From Squalus acanthias (Eukaryota): 64,000 bases of DNA. Position numbers and translations under genes: made by a program. The DNA lies in NCBI GenBank assembly GCA_030390025.1, contig CM059434.1:45384001-45448000 (forward strand). The letters run 5' to 3'. Positions 1-12,394 of the stretch are shown in pieces. How positions within the stretch are numbered: the first letter of the stretch is position 1; every line of letters begins with the position of its first letter. Under the pieces are notes generated by a model, which saw only the letters and a program-made list of their open reading frames with translations, was not told the origin of the DNA and ran no database searches.

Positions 1-583
1 ATCCCCACCAGAAGGCCACCCCCCATCCCTGCTCCTCCGGCCCCTGATCCTTGGGATTCTCCCACCCGCTTCTCTGGCCGCTCCTCAGCCCCCGATTCTC
101 GGGATCTGCCCATCCCCCCGCTTCTCTGATCACTCCTCTGGCCCTCGATCGATGGTCATACCCTCTGCTCCTATGTCCGCTCCCTGGCCCCCGATCAACA
201 TTCAGTCACTCCCCCCTGCTGCTATGGCTGCTCCCCAGCCCCCAATCGATGTTCAGACCCGACCCCCCACCCACCCGTTCCTTCAGGCTCCTGATTTTTT
301 TGTGATCCCCCCCCCGCCCCTCTGGATCGCCCCCGGCCCCCATGTGATCCCTCACTCCCTCCTGTATGCAGACTAGTGCCGCAGGCCTACCCACCCAGAG
401 CCAGCCAGCCTCTCAATCTGGCTGGCTGCGGGTGGGAAACAGAGGCTTCCCATTCAAAGCAGGCCCTGCCGTCAACTTCAGCAGAGCCTGTGGGAAACCC
501 GTTCTCCCGTGTTTTCTGAAAGCCTCAGAGACCCCTCTCTCCCACCGCCCCCAACCTGCCTTCCCCATTTAAATTCAGCCCAT
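1..583. mobile_element. Right part of a GC-rich non-autonomous DNA transposon (Harbinger-type MITE), cut by the window edge
   Basis: C-rich low-complexity body ending in ...TAAATTCAGCCC, like the GGGCTG-type termini of other Harbinger-family elements here; internal similarity in reverse to the element at 63045-63570. Confidence 0.5.
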
Positions 584-1009
584 ACATATAATAAAAAAGC
601 AATTTCAATCCAAATTTTGAGATCTTACATAACTTGAAGATAAAGTTGACAAATTAAAGGCTTCCTTCAGGTCTCCAGGGCGTGTGGGATTTAAACTGTG
701 AAGAACAAAATCTTCATTTATTATACACAGCCATTCAGAATTTTTACTCAATCTGGCCCTTCAAGCCCACTGGTTTGTTTAAGAGAATAATGATATAAGC
801 AAATATTAATTCATGATTTTCAGCTACTTGTTAATGAGTGGTTGTGGTATCATAACCTCACTGTGCCTGTGATGGCAAAGTAATCTTCAGGGGATCAGCC
901 CAGTGCAACTTCCAGTCACGACTCTTTATTTTCAGATCATGCATTTGGAATTTTTATAGGTATGGGAGTTGCTGGATGATGCTGGAGGAAGTTTTTCAGG
1001 GAATCTTAC

Positions 1010-1134
1010 CTTTCTGTCTCTGCAGCATACCACCCATGGCTTGGAGTCTCTGAGTCCGCTGAACGGGCATATTGTTGTTTCATGTCCCTTGGAAGCAGAA
1101 AGAACTTCTTGTAGGTGTCCATCACTTTAAACAC
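1010..1134 (-). CDS. Coding exon 2 of a 2OG-Fe(II) dioxygenase (IPNS/DIOX_N family): VFKVMDTYKKFFLLPRDMKQQYARSADSETPSHGWYAAETE(R)
   Basis: AG acceptor at 1136-1135, GTAAGA donor after 1010; joins exon 1 in phase 0; FFxLPxxxKxxY...HGW motif typical of the DIOX_N domain; not in the ORF track. Confidence 0.88.
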
Positions 1135-1592
1135 CTAAGGAGCAATTGTCTTAAAGATTATAAAATATGTGCTGTATCGTTGATATAGCAACACCGGGGT
1201 TTTATTGGATTTATAAACCTTTACACTTTTATAAGCACAGGACATTGGTTACTTTATTGTGTCCCTCAGCTCATCTTCCCTTTCTGCTCTGTGCCTTTTC
1301 ATTTCCTCCTTAATGATTCTTCTCAGTTTTCCAGCTGTTTAATTTCCCCCAGCTTTGCTCTCTTTAAATTCCTATATTCTCTACTTTCAGGCAAAAAAAA
1401 AAATCATCATGAGCAGAAACTGGGAAATTGTAGGACAAGAATTCCTCTAGTTGCTCTGTATCGTGATATTGTAAATGAGTTTGTGCAATTTTTCTCTGCT
1501 CAGTATTTCCAGTGAAATTGTAAAATGTTCTTCTGGTAAGCGTTTACAATTTCACTAAATTAGCAAAGACAGAGTTTCGCAAATTTTATATT

Positions 1593-2363
1593 GGCCCGGA
1601 GTTTGCGATGGGTAATGATGGTGAACTAGCAGCGTTCGTCGTCATTACCTCTCTGAAACTGACCACAACTTCAGGATTTAGCGCATGCACAACTAAATGC
1701 GGAAATCCTGAAGTTGCGGTCAGTCATTCACTGCTCAGACACTGGCTGTACTGTGGATGCCACCCACCCACCCACCACAGCTGGCGTTCTATGTAATCAG
1801 TGAAATCAGTGAAATTGACGAAAACTTGGGCTTTTCCGCGGTTTTATCATTGTTAAATACCCCATTAAATGTTAAGCCTTGTTGGAATAGGTGTGACTGG
1901 GGTTTTAACAGCGTATTGACTGGTAAACAAACGCTCTGACCCTGAAAAACTAATTTTTATATTTGTGGAGTGTCAAATTTCTCCATTATGATAAAAATTA
2001 AAATTTTTAAAGAACTTTAAAAAACTTAAAAAGAAAAGTTTGTTCATGATATTTCAGCTTTTATCTTTTCCCCATGTGAGAGTCTCAATCTTTATTTTGC
2101 TCTCTGTGACATATTTGAAAAGTCCGGATAAAAGTAGCTTCTCATTTCCTGGTTTCCTGTCTGTGAGAATTCTGCAATGTGATTGGCTGCTTAGACAGTT
2201 TGTTGACGTCACAGCAGCATTGCACTAGGAATTCCCATTACAGAGCGCTGAAATCAATTGAACGTCGAAAAAGGCAAACTTCTCTCCACAGAGATCGCAA
2301 CAGAGATTCTTCGGGGCCAGTGGCAAGCGCCTTTGCTTCGCCGCTAACCGCAAATTATGGGCC
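1593..2363. mobile_element. Harbinger-type MITE (family also at 6898-9369 and 52402-53125)
   Basis: TIR GGCCCGGAGTTTGCG vs reverse complement of the right end GGCCCATAATTTGCG; flanks ATT/AAT; internal similarity to 52402-53125. Confidence 0.75.
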
Positions 2364-2499
2364 AATGGCAGAAAGAGAGACAGTGCACCAATTATAGGGT
2401 TGATTCCCTGATGCTGTGCTTGGGAAGTGCCCCTCAAACCCAGCATGGAATCGGGAAGGTAAGCCAGAGTGCCAGTGGTGCTGCACTTCAGTGGCAGAA

Positions 2500-2885
2500 G
2501 AAGAACAATGTTTTTTGAGGCTGTCTACCTGCAATTGGCCAAGTAACTACATTCGCCAATCCACGTTCATCTAGATGGCCATGTCTGAGGAGACTAGCCT
2601 TTGCCACCTCTCCTTCACAAAGGGGCTTGGACAGAGTTATGCTGTTTACTGGAGCCTGACCTGCAGACAAGATCTATAACAGAAAAAGGCCTTCCTGTTG
2701 CTGTGAAAGTCATCACAGCAATGCATTTTTACGTCAACAGATCCTTTTAAGTTACCACTGGTGACATTTGCCACGTGAGTCAGACTTCAGTTCACTGATA
2801 CACCATGCAGGGCAGTGAAACTTTGCTGCTGGAGAAATGCTTTGTCCTTTTCCCCATGGAATGGAGGCAACAGCATGAGAGGGGA
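2500..2885 (+). pseudogene. Old degraded Harbinger transposase fragment
   Basis: From 2691 translates LPVAVKVITAMHFYVNRSF*VTTGDICHVSQTSVH*, matching the [20 protein letters not shown]...DI..ISQ segment of the other transposases in the window. Confidence 0.75.
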
Positions 2886-3514
2886 AACAGGCATGGGCAG
2901 TAGTAAAGGCTGACAGGACTTTCACTTAAAACCTCCATTCACAGTCATTCCATCTTCTCTTCAGTACACTAGCCCCATTAGCAACTTGTGGAGTCAAATC
3001 CCCATTACATTTACTACTGTCCATGCCTGTTCCTCCTCACCTGCAAATTCAAATGTCCCTTCTGACACTAGATCTACATGGTTTTTATATTGATGTATCA
3101 TTGCTGCGGACATTTGCGATTTTTAAAAATGTATATGATATTTGAGTCACAGATGAAATTGTAACATACACTTTGCATGTGTTGACACTTTCTCACATGA
3201 CACTTTTAAGTGTTGCATTTGGGGTGGAATGTGTGACACTGTTGTTAAGCATGTTAAATGCAAAACTTTTAATTATAATCACTTATGCAAATTAACACCT
3301 CAGAATAGTGAACAAGGAAATTTCATATGAACATGTTAATATTCACATGACATCATTTCAAAGCATAATTGTTAAATTTAATCACCTTTTATATTGATAA
3401 AATGACTACATAGCAGAACAAGATTGCTCACATTATTTCATACAGCATGCATATTAGAATACAGTTAGGGAGCACTGTAAATATATATAATGAGACAATA
3501 AAATGGATACACAC

Positions 3515-3667
3515 GTTTTGATCTTCGATCCCGGTGTTTTTGAGGTACACAAAGCCAAGGTCCCTGAAGGCCCTTATGATCGCTGTGGATAATCGTTCCA
3601 TTTCATTGGCCGAGGGCTCAGCTTTTCCTAAGCTAAATGAGCCAAAGTCAACCACTTCAATGCTCAT
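3515..3667 (-). CDS. First coding exon of a 2OG-Fe(II) dioxygenase (IPNS/DIOX_N family): MSIEVVDFGSFSLGKAEPSANEMERLSTAIIRAFRDLGFVYLKNTGIEDQN
   Basis: IxVVDF...AFxxxGFVYLxNxGI N-terminal signature of IPNS-like 2OG oxygenases; 51 codons then GTGTGT donor (phase 0). Confidence 0.9.
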
Positions 3668-3744
3668 CTTCTTCCAAGGATTCTGGTTTCTTAAAAGCTT
3701 TCAATAAATAAAGGTAGAACAAAATGATTTAAATAGAAATGCAG

Positions 3745-4270
3745 AAAATTCCCTGCTCCTTCCCTTCTCTTCCCTCTCTCTCTTCTCTCCCTGTCCTCTC
3801 CCCTTCCACTGCCCTTCTCCTCCCTTCTGCTCCTCTCCCCTCCCCTCATCCCAATCCCACCTCCCTTCCCTTGCCACTCTCCTTCCCCCTCGCGCTCTCT
3901 TCCTATCCTCCCTCCACTCTCCTTCATTCCCTGAGAAAGAACCGAAAAATAATACAGTGAGAAGCGAAGAACATAGAGAGAAGGATAAATGAAGAGAAAT
4001 AGAGAGGGAAAAGCTGCAACGAGGCAGCAGAAGAGAGAGAGAGAGAAAAGGTGGGTATAGAAAAAAAACTCCAGCAACATGAAGACGACAGAGACAGATA
4101 AAAAACAGAATGCTGGAGACACAATGCAATAAAAAAGAAAGACAGAAGATGGAGAAAGAACCTCAAAAGATATAGAAACAAATGAGGAAAGAAAGAAGCA
4201 AAAGATGGCAGAGAGAAAGACAGAAGAGAGAGGGAGAGAGAGAGAGAGAAAGAAAACCAGCAGATAAGAC
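3745..4270. repeat. Low-complexity CT-rich tract followed by a GA-rich tract
   Basis: Pyrimidine-rich about 3745-3930, purine-rich with (GA)n runs about 3935-4270; explains the spurious 219-aa and 142-aa ORFs. Confidence 0.85.
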
Positions 4271-4924
4271 AGAGAATATAGCTGGAAACTTAGCACGGAC
4301 AATGCCACAGCAGATCTACCAGTAAGCAGAAATTTTGACCTTAATTGCAAAGTATTTGAACTTTTGCCATATTATGATGAAATTTGTAACCAATATTCAA
4401 TGTTGAGCGTATTTAAAATTAATTTGATCCTTTTAGATTTCATTTGACCTACTTACCAGTTGGTCGTGCTGCTTGTCAAATGATTGCCCTTCACTGTGTT
4501 GACAATCAAAATGGTGAGTAGGAAAATACTGCAGCAAACATGAGTTAGCTCTTCAGTCCTGGGAGTGAATCATTAATTTGACCTTTAAACAAAGGCAATG
4601 GCCAAGTAAGTGATTAAAAATATTATTTTTCTAAGTTTTTCAATTTGTGCTTAAGATGAGGGATATCATTATTGGGAAATGGTATGCTTTCCTATATTGA
4701 GCATTCAGTGTCAGTAGCAAGTACTCCCAGGTTAGATATATCATAGATGCAGATTAAAGCGCCTTCTACTTTGCCCCAAAAATGCACTCTAGCCCCAGAT
4801 CACATCTACTATTGCAGCAGTGTAATATGTTCCATTCTCCATACCATCCATCTTGTGTTCTGAGTGAGCTGGAAATTTGCACTCGGGGTGTGTGCTGACA
4901 ATCTGTTTTTTAAATAGAAAGCTG

Positions 4925-5285
4925 TGACCTGAGCACGAACCCTAAGCTGGCATTTCAGTCCAGTACTGAAGGAGAGCTACGCTGTCGAAGGTGTCGTTAT
5001 TCAGATGAGACGTTAAATTGATGGCCTGCCTGCTCAGCTGGATGTAAAAGATTCCATGGCACTATCGAAGAAGCAGAGGAATGGAATTCTCCTGGTGCCC
5101 TGGTCAACATTTTTCCCTCAACCACCAAGTCAGATTAACTGCACATTTATCACATTGTTGTTTGCGGGACCTTGCTGTGTGTAAAGTGGCTGCTGCTTTT
5201 GCCTCCATAATAATAATACAAAAAATAATTCATTGGCTGTGAAGCACGTTGAGACATCATGGTGACATGAAAGGTGTTATATAAG
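4925..5285 (+). mobile_element. Deu-domain SINE (SacSINE1/AmnSINE1-like)
   Basis: Core ...GATGAGACGTTAAA...AAGATTCCATGGCACT... and L2-like tail; further copies at 36515-36940 and 43570-44030. Confidence 0.7.
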
Positions 5286-5603
5286 TTCTTTTATGAGAAG
5301 TTATCTTAACGGTGTTTAATTTCATAATAGCAGGGTACTTTATTGCTAATTGTAACTGTTTAAACTCTGCAGTGCTGCCTGTCTGAATGCTGTTAATTGA
5401 CATTATTGTAGCATTGAAAACCTTTTTTTTACTATCCTGAATGTGAATCTAAAAGGCTATAAGCTTGGCATATCCATTTCTTGATTACTTGATAAGCACC
5501 ATTACTTGATTCACCTGATTTGCTCTCCTACTGTTTTCATCCTTGTTGGTGTCTTGTACTATGGGCTGCGGCCCTTTGCCTAGGTTTCTTCTTTAAAAAG
5601 AAA

Positions 5604-6335
5604 GGCCCTGAAATTGCAGTGTCTACGCCATCGGAAAGGCCGAGCACTTGCGCATGCGCAAAACCCAGAACTTATGATCTGTCAAAGTAAGCCTTGAGAG
5701 ATCTACCGAACCAAAAGTAAAATCAGCATCGCTGGCCCAGAGTTGGATTATTTGCCCAACAACTTCCCAGTAATTGCCCACAAAACTCTTATGGCTGGTA
5801 AAAGCAGGCTTAGGGCTTGCTTTCATCAGCATAAGGGTTATTATAAATCTTAAATTAAACATTTAAAAATACAAAATGATGCACAAACACTTTAAATTAC
5901 TTTATGCAAATATTGGCCTGGATTAAGATGTTTAAAATTATTTTTCAAAAAATAAAGGTTTTATTGTATTTGGTGTAATGAAGGGACTTATGAATAAAAT
6001 TGAAATTCAGAACATTTATATTTATTAAAATTGTGTAAATTGTTTAATTATTTGGGATTACATTGCATCTCATTAGGGGATCGCGTTCGGAAATGACTGC
6101 AATGGAATCCTCCTTTGCGATTGGAGGTTCTGGCCCACGTGATCCCAGGGACACTTCCGAACTGCCTGCGTCCCTGGGATCCGTGGGCCTTTACGCAGAC
6201 GTATGCCCAGAGGCCCGAGACCTGAACTCTCTGCAGCCTGGGAGCCTGGAGGTAGGTTCGGAAATGTTTCATGGGTTGGAGGCCTACTCCGGAGGTGTAC
6301 TCCGGAGGTACGCCTCCAACCACAATTTCTAGGCC
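5604..6335. mobile_element. Harbinger-type MITE
   Basis: TIR GGCCCTGAAATTG vs reverse complement of the right end GGCCTAGAAATTG; subterminal sequence shared in reverse with 56990-57030. Confidence 0.7.
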
Positions 6336-6897
6336 ATTGTTTTTTGTAGCTTTTCCTTTGTCAGAACCCTATTTTCTTTTCTGTTGTTCTTCACAGGAAT
6401 TTGCCCTGAAAGCAATTTGTATTTGCAGTTTTGCTATTGAAGCAGACATTTCTACAAAGTGGTAAATTTCTCTACTAATCATCCATTTGCTTTTAGGAGC
6501 AGCATTTTGTAGAGCTCAATATAGTACCATAAACATTCTCTCAAATAGCTGATAATAACAGTGAAGAAATGGTGAACTATATGACCTCTGATCATTCAGA
6601 TTGTAAGGTGACTGAAGGGTAAAACTTGCTTAAAAGAGGAACAATGAATTTTCACCAGTCATCTAGTTTCTTAGAAATGCACAAGTAAAACTCTGCATAC
6701 AGGAAGCTGGTTCTTATATATAAATTCCTTCTCTTAGGCTTGCTTTTCAAAGTAAACTTCAGGATAAGTTCTTAATATGGCCTTTTCTAACAAATATTCA
6801 ATTTAAAATATATAGTCCAATATGTAATTAACAGTATTTTTTTAAACTTGCCTACCCACTACCTTAGCATATTCAAGGCTGGGTACAGAAATGTAAC

Positions 6898-9369
6898 GGC
6901 CTGGATTTTGCGGTAGGAATAACGGTGAGGTTATCAGTGCTCACCGTTATTAAAGAGTAAATCGGACAGCAACTTTCGGCATCCGCACGTGCGCAGTTAA
7001 ACGTGGAAATCCAGAAGTTGCTGTCCAATTTGCCCTGCTCCTCCACAAGCTTCGCTACACCGGTACCTGCGCCAAGATATTTGGCATTCAAACATATGAA
7101 GGGCATGAAGTTGCAGTACTTACCCACTAAACATGCCAGAAAAAGTTAGGGCTTGTCCATTCAAGTGTAAGTGAACTTTTTTATGGCGTGGTAAGTCTTA
7201 GAGGGGAATTTTTCGGGGGGGTCAGCGGGAACCTGCCGCCACGCGACTTTCCCAGATGTTGGGTCTGTCAGGGCTGAACAGACCCGAAAGGCAGCGGCGG
7301 GGGAGGTGATTCAGGTCATTATGACCTTGTTAACAGCCCATTAAAAAGTATTTTGAGCTCACCGTACCATTTTACGAGGTAGCCCACGGGGTCCACGCTG
7401 CTCGGGGATCATGTCAGGTAAGCAGGTTGGGAGTTGTATGAGCATGGGATCATCTCATTACTTGACAGCTGCAAATGTGCTATAAAAACTCCCATCTCAC
7501 AGCTGTTCACTTTCCAAGCTCAGAAGCTGTTGCTTACTGCATTTGGAAGACAGATTGAGCTTTATGCAGGCTGCAAGTGTTTGGAACAAACTCTGTATCC
7601 AGTGTCACCTCATTGGAACAACCTCTCTTGCCATTGACAAATCGTTGCTGTCAGCTCAAGTTCACCTGCCAACTATTACATCAGCATCGGTGCCCTTGAA
7701 ACTATCTCACCTTGGTCCTCAGAATCCCACCACGATCAGCTCCAACACCAGCAGCACCAGGCACATCAACAGCAACAACACCAACCTTCTCCGTAATCAA
7801 CTGATGCTGCACAGGACACAGGGCATCAGCACCCGACCACTTTGCTGCCCGGGAGGCCAGGGATGGCCTCACCATAACCAGATTTACTTCACTGGATGCT
7901 GTACACCCTGGCTGCCACATAATACGCCAGGTTGGTACCACCCCACACCAACACCATAAAGCATCCCTACAATGCCCAAGCCATTCCTTTCACACTCATC
8001 ACCATTGTGAGGGGTACCGTTATGTCTCACCATTCACTGCAACTCACTAAGCCACTTCCAAAGGTGCACACAAATCTGTCCAAGAACGCAAAGTGTTGAA
8101 AATAAAGGTTTCTATGTTTGACACTACATTAACAGAAACTTTACATGAACATTGGCTAAACCACCCAAGTACCTACCCTTGTGTGTTGTTAGTTGGTATA
8201 ATTGGACTAGGATGAGGGTGAGTTTGAGGGGTGGCTAGTGAGATGGGGAAATGATAATGTAGATAGAGAGGGATGGGTGGAGGTGCAAGGTAAGTTGGTG
8301 TAAGGATGTGCAGGAGTAGGGTAGGGAAGACAGAGTGTTGGGGATGTGCTGAGAGGCACAGCAGGATGAGGCTGAGTGTGGCTTTGAAGTAACGTTTTGT
8401 GATCTACTGAGATCATTGAAAGGTTTGCGCCACTGCAGCCATGTCCTCCTGCCCACATCACTGATTGTGTCCTCCTGTGCAATGTGCAACCAGGCTGCGT
8501 GGTCTCCTGGGGAGGTCTCTTCGCCCATTGGAAGGGAAGAGAACCTCCCTGCATGCTGTGACTCCCTCCATAAGTATTTGGAGGGAGTCATGGGAGAGCC
8601 TAGGTGCAGCCCTGCACCTCTGTACAGTGCTTGTCAGTGTTTCCAGCACCTCAATGCTGTAGAACTCTGACAGCACAACTGTCAAAATCAATTTGCGCAT
8701 GGTCCCTTTAAGGAAACCGGCTGATGACGCGTCATCAAATGACGTCGTCAGACCCGCTTCCTTCAATTGGCCGGAAACGCGCTGGACAGGCTTAACAAAC
8801 CCAATCAACGTAAGATCATTCTACAGAGCGGGCTGGAGCCAGCAGCGGGGTTGGGACCTGCCACCGACGTTGCCTGCACCGGACCTGCCGAGGTAGGGGA
8901 AATCGTGGCCTTAATTACTGCCAATCAACCTCTCTGGCACTGAAAATTTACCTTTACAAGTATGGAGTCTCATTCCTTCAGATTTTAATTATTCTTAGAG
9001 ATTTTAAAAAAATTAAAAATTAAAAGAATTTTTTAATCTTTTTCTTTCTGCCTCTTAATTCCATCTTTGTTTCCCTTTCTTTATTTTGCTTTCTGTACAT
9101 GATTTTACATCGAAATATATATTCTAACTTACTCTTCCTGGTTTAGACTCTGTGCTGCTCATTAACGTTTCTTCAATCTGATTGGTTGAAGAGACACGGT
9201 TCCTGCCCTGTTCACACAGGTCTCAAATCCCCTGTCGAGGTTGCTGCGCTGTATCAGACTCCCACTGACCTCAAGTTGCCGCACAAAAGCCCACAAACAT
9301 CTGTGGGCAGCTGTAAGCGTAATGAACGGTGAGTGCTGTTCTTTCGCCGCTGACTGCAAAATCTGGGCC
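6898..9369. mobile_element. Harbinger-type MITE interrupted by a nested element
   Basis: TIR GGCCTGGATTTTGCGGT / GGCCCAGATTTTGCAGT; flanks AAC/AAT; MITE body resumes at about 8914. Confidence 0.72.
7201..8910. mobile_element. Internally deleted Harbinger transposon nested in the MITE; retains the transposase 5' remnant (+, about 7690-7870) and a Myb/SANT exon 1 remnant (-, about 8390-8620)
   Basis: TTA on both sides (7198-7200, 8911-8913); minus-strand PRLSHDSLQILMEGV...VLFPSNGRR and AAWLHIAQE...RTWLQWRKPFNDL match the Myb-like protein of the complete elements. Confidence 0.72.
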
Positions 9370-9931
9370 AATGCATTATTATTGAGCCTTTGACTGTCAG
9401 CTCCTTCCCGCTCTTGTTCCTTGCTCAATAAACAGTGGGGCTGGGGCTGATGCTGAGATCTGAGGCTACGTGATAAAACGTTATATGCCGGTGCTCAGAC
9501 TTGGAACTGGTAAGGAGATAATGAATCCAGTTTGGAAGCTGGGGACCCCATGTGTGCTTAAAAAATGTTTTGTTTTGATTATTTGTAATAATCTTTTAAA
9601 AGTGAATCACATACAGGACTGCATTTTTAAGGCAAATACAGAGAAATAAAACCATTTTAGCACTCTATCGTGAGGTACTCTTTAAAGGAAGCAACTAATA
9701 CTTTGGCTGTTTTATTTCTAAATGCATTTAAGCTGTGTATAACCTTAACAAGTGACATTGATAAATACTATTAATACTGATTAACCTACAGTTATAATCA
9801 GTTATAATCCAGGTCATTGCTGGAATTTTGCTAAGTATTCCAAATAAATTACACCCTTAACTTTGCATGCAAGTAAACGCTTACTGAGGGAATAGCTTTT
9901 TCCAATGCTTTATTTTACTTTCCATCTTCAG

Positions 9932-10235
9932 CCACTCCAAAACTGGACCCAATATGAAAGTTCACAGGACCACAGAGGAAGAACTAATGTAAAATTGTAG
10001 AATCCACTCTTTTGCCCCCAAATTTTTTGGGTTGCTTGGTGCAAGGATGGTGAGGAAATGACTGGGAAAGCAGAAATTAGCAATCCTACTTGTGGTAACA
10101 ATGGTCTGGATTACAAAACCAGTACTCTAAAGTTGACACCTACTGAAGAGAATATTGTTAAGAAGTTCATGTGCTGTGTTTACCACAACAGCCTAGTTGA
10201 GCCTACAGAAGTGGACTGGATGCTGGATCAACTGG
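9932..10235 (+). pseudogene. Orphan Ig C1-set pseudo-exon related to the downstream B7-H6-like gene family
   Basis: AG acceptor 9930-9931, phase-1 GTATGT donor at 10236; across frameshifts and stops reads (A)TPKLDPI*..NCRIHSFAPK..VAWCKDGEE...TSTLKLTPTEENIVKKFMCCVYHNSLVEPTEVDWMLDQL. Confidence 0.8.
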
Positions 10236-10844
10236 GTATGTGAATGTTTGTAATTATTAACACTTTTTCTGATCACTGTGCTATTGTCTTACTGCACTGG
10301 AAGTGCTATTATTGTTGTTCCTCCAGAACCTAATACAGTAATAACCTGCAGTGACGGTAAAACCAATATATTGCCCAGCAAGTTATTATCTTGTATCTTG
10401 CAGTATAGTGCAACCTGCCCTAGAACTAATTTGAAGAGTTATTTAATTGGCACATTGCAATACATCATTTGTGGCAATGCAAATAAGTTGTTACTTTGAA
10501 TTAATTGAAGCCATGCAGTATAATTTGGATGTGAAATTGCCCAAAATCAATTTAGGGAGGTGGACAAGAGTACCTCCAGGAGGTAGTGTTGCTTCACACT
10601 GACTTCATACTGGCTGCTACATTACTACATTGGACTACATGGAAACTTTTTGAACTTTATTTTTCATCATTTTAATATTAGTACAAAGGTGACTGTCCCA
10701 TTCTTAATATTAAACTTTAACTGTTCAGATGATGGTGAGTAGCGTTCCACACATATGCATAGAACGCTTGCTTTCCAAGACCAGAATGATGTGAAACTTG
10801 CAGTATAACTCTGGTCTGCCAGTCTCACACCAGTATCTGTGGTG

Positions 10845-10921
10845 TAAAGGGCAATTAGGGATGGGCAATAAATGCTGGCCTTGCCAGCGATGCCCACATC
10901 CCACAAACGAATAAAAAAAAA
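10845..10921 (+). mobile_element. 3' end with poly(A) of the LINE family at 40668-43445
   Basis: AAGGGCAATTAGGGATGGGCAATAAATGCTGGCCTTGCCAGCG...CGAATAAAAAAAAA is the reverse complement of 40668-40742. Confidence 0.8.
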
Positions 10922-11350
10922 TGACACCCTTAGACATGCAGATTTTGCTTTTAAAACTGATGCTAGAAACTGACTGATGCTAGAAACTGTGAAATATTGG
11001 TCCAACTTTGGAAATATGGAAAAGGTAACAAACAAAATATGTTAAAGAAATATTGAGCTTGTTACTAACTTTATCTCATGACCCACTTTCACAGTGGTGT
11101 GCTGGGTTAAGCAATGCCCTTTCATCTTTGATTGCCACGTACAAACCCAACCCAAACTGTGTCAGAAAGAGTTAATCTGCTCGAAAGCTTGGCGATAGCA
11201 TTTATAAGTAAGTAACTAACTAACATAGTTAGCAGCTATTGTGTAGAGAACAGTAGAGTCAGCAAACTGTATCCTGTTATTGAAGGTGGAACAAACTTCA
11301 GTTAAAATGCTTGGAAGACAGGACATGATCAGGAATTTGAATAAATAGAT

Positions 11351-12394
11351 CTTCTCTTCTTCTCTTCTTAGGCAGTCCTTCGGAACCGAGGATGATTTGC
11401 TTCCACGCTAAAAATGAGTTCTCAGGTGACTGATGAGTCCAATGCGGTACCTACACTCTCTGTCACAGGTGGGGCAGACGGTGGTTGAAGGGGCGGGTGG
11501 GTGGGGTGCTTGGGTTGACGTGCGCTCCTTCCGCTGTTTGCGCTTGGCTTCCACTTGCTCCCGGCGAAGAGACTCGAGGTGTTCAGGCACCTTCCGGATG
11601 CTTCTCCTCCACTTTGTGCGGTCTTGGGCCAGGGATTCCCAGGTGCTGGTGGGGATGTTGCACTTTTCCAAGGAGGCTTTGAGGGTGTCCTTGAAGCGTT
11701 TCCTCTGCCCTCCTGGGGCTCTCTTGCCGCGTCGAAGCTCCGAGTAGAACGTTTGTTTTGGGAGTCTCGTATCAGGCATGCGGACGATGTGGCCCGTCCA
11801 TCAGAGCTGATCGAGCGTGGTCAAAGCTTCGATGTTGGGGTTGTTGGCCTGAGCAAGAACACTGACGTTGGTGCGCCTATCCTGCCAATGGATTTGCAGG
11901 ATCTTGCGGAGGCAGCATTGGTGGTACCTCTCCAGTGCTTTGAGGTGCCTGCTGTACATGGTCCATGTCTCTGAAGCATACAGGAGGGCTGGTATCACTA
12001 CTGCTCTGTAGACCATGAGCTTGGTGCTGGGTTTGAGGTCCTGGTCTTCAAACACTCTCTTCCTCAGGCGACCATCGAATTACAGTATGCAGACGACGCT
12101 TGCGTCTGCGCACACTCTGAGGTCGAACTCCAAACCATCGTCAACACCTTCACCGAAGAGTACGAGAGCATGGGCCTTACACTAAACATCTGTAAGACAA
12201 AGGTCCTCTACCAACCTGCCCCCGCCACACAGTACTGCTCCCCGATTATCAAATTCCATGACGAGGCCTTGGACAACGAGGACCACTTTCCATACCTCGG
12301 GAGCCTACTGTCAACAAGGGCAGATGTCGATGACGAAGTCCAACACTGCCTTCGGTGTGCCAGTGCAGCCTTCGGTCGCCTGAGGAAGAGAGTG
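11351..12394 (-). mobile_element. 5'-truncated RTE-clade LINE with an inverted 5' segment (12074-12394 on +)
   Basis: Minus part encodes TKLMVYRAVVIPALLYASETW...RLPKQ..YSEL...CxxC..IGLISHLRTH; plus part encodes IELQYADDA...AAFGRLRKRV; near-TSD ATAAATAGAT/ATAAATGGAT. Confidence 0.9.

Noticed and set aside
3691-4350. 219-aa hydrophobic ORF and overlapping ORFs
   Set aside because: Translation of CT/GA low-complexity tracts; no domain signal
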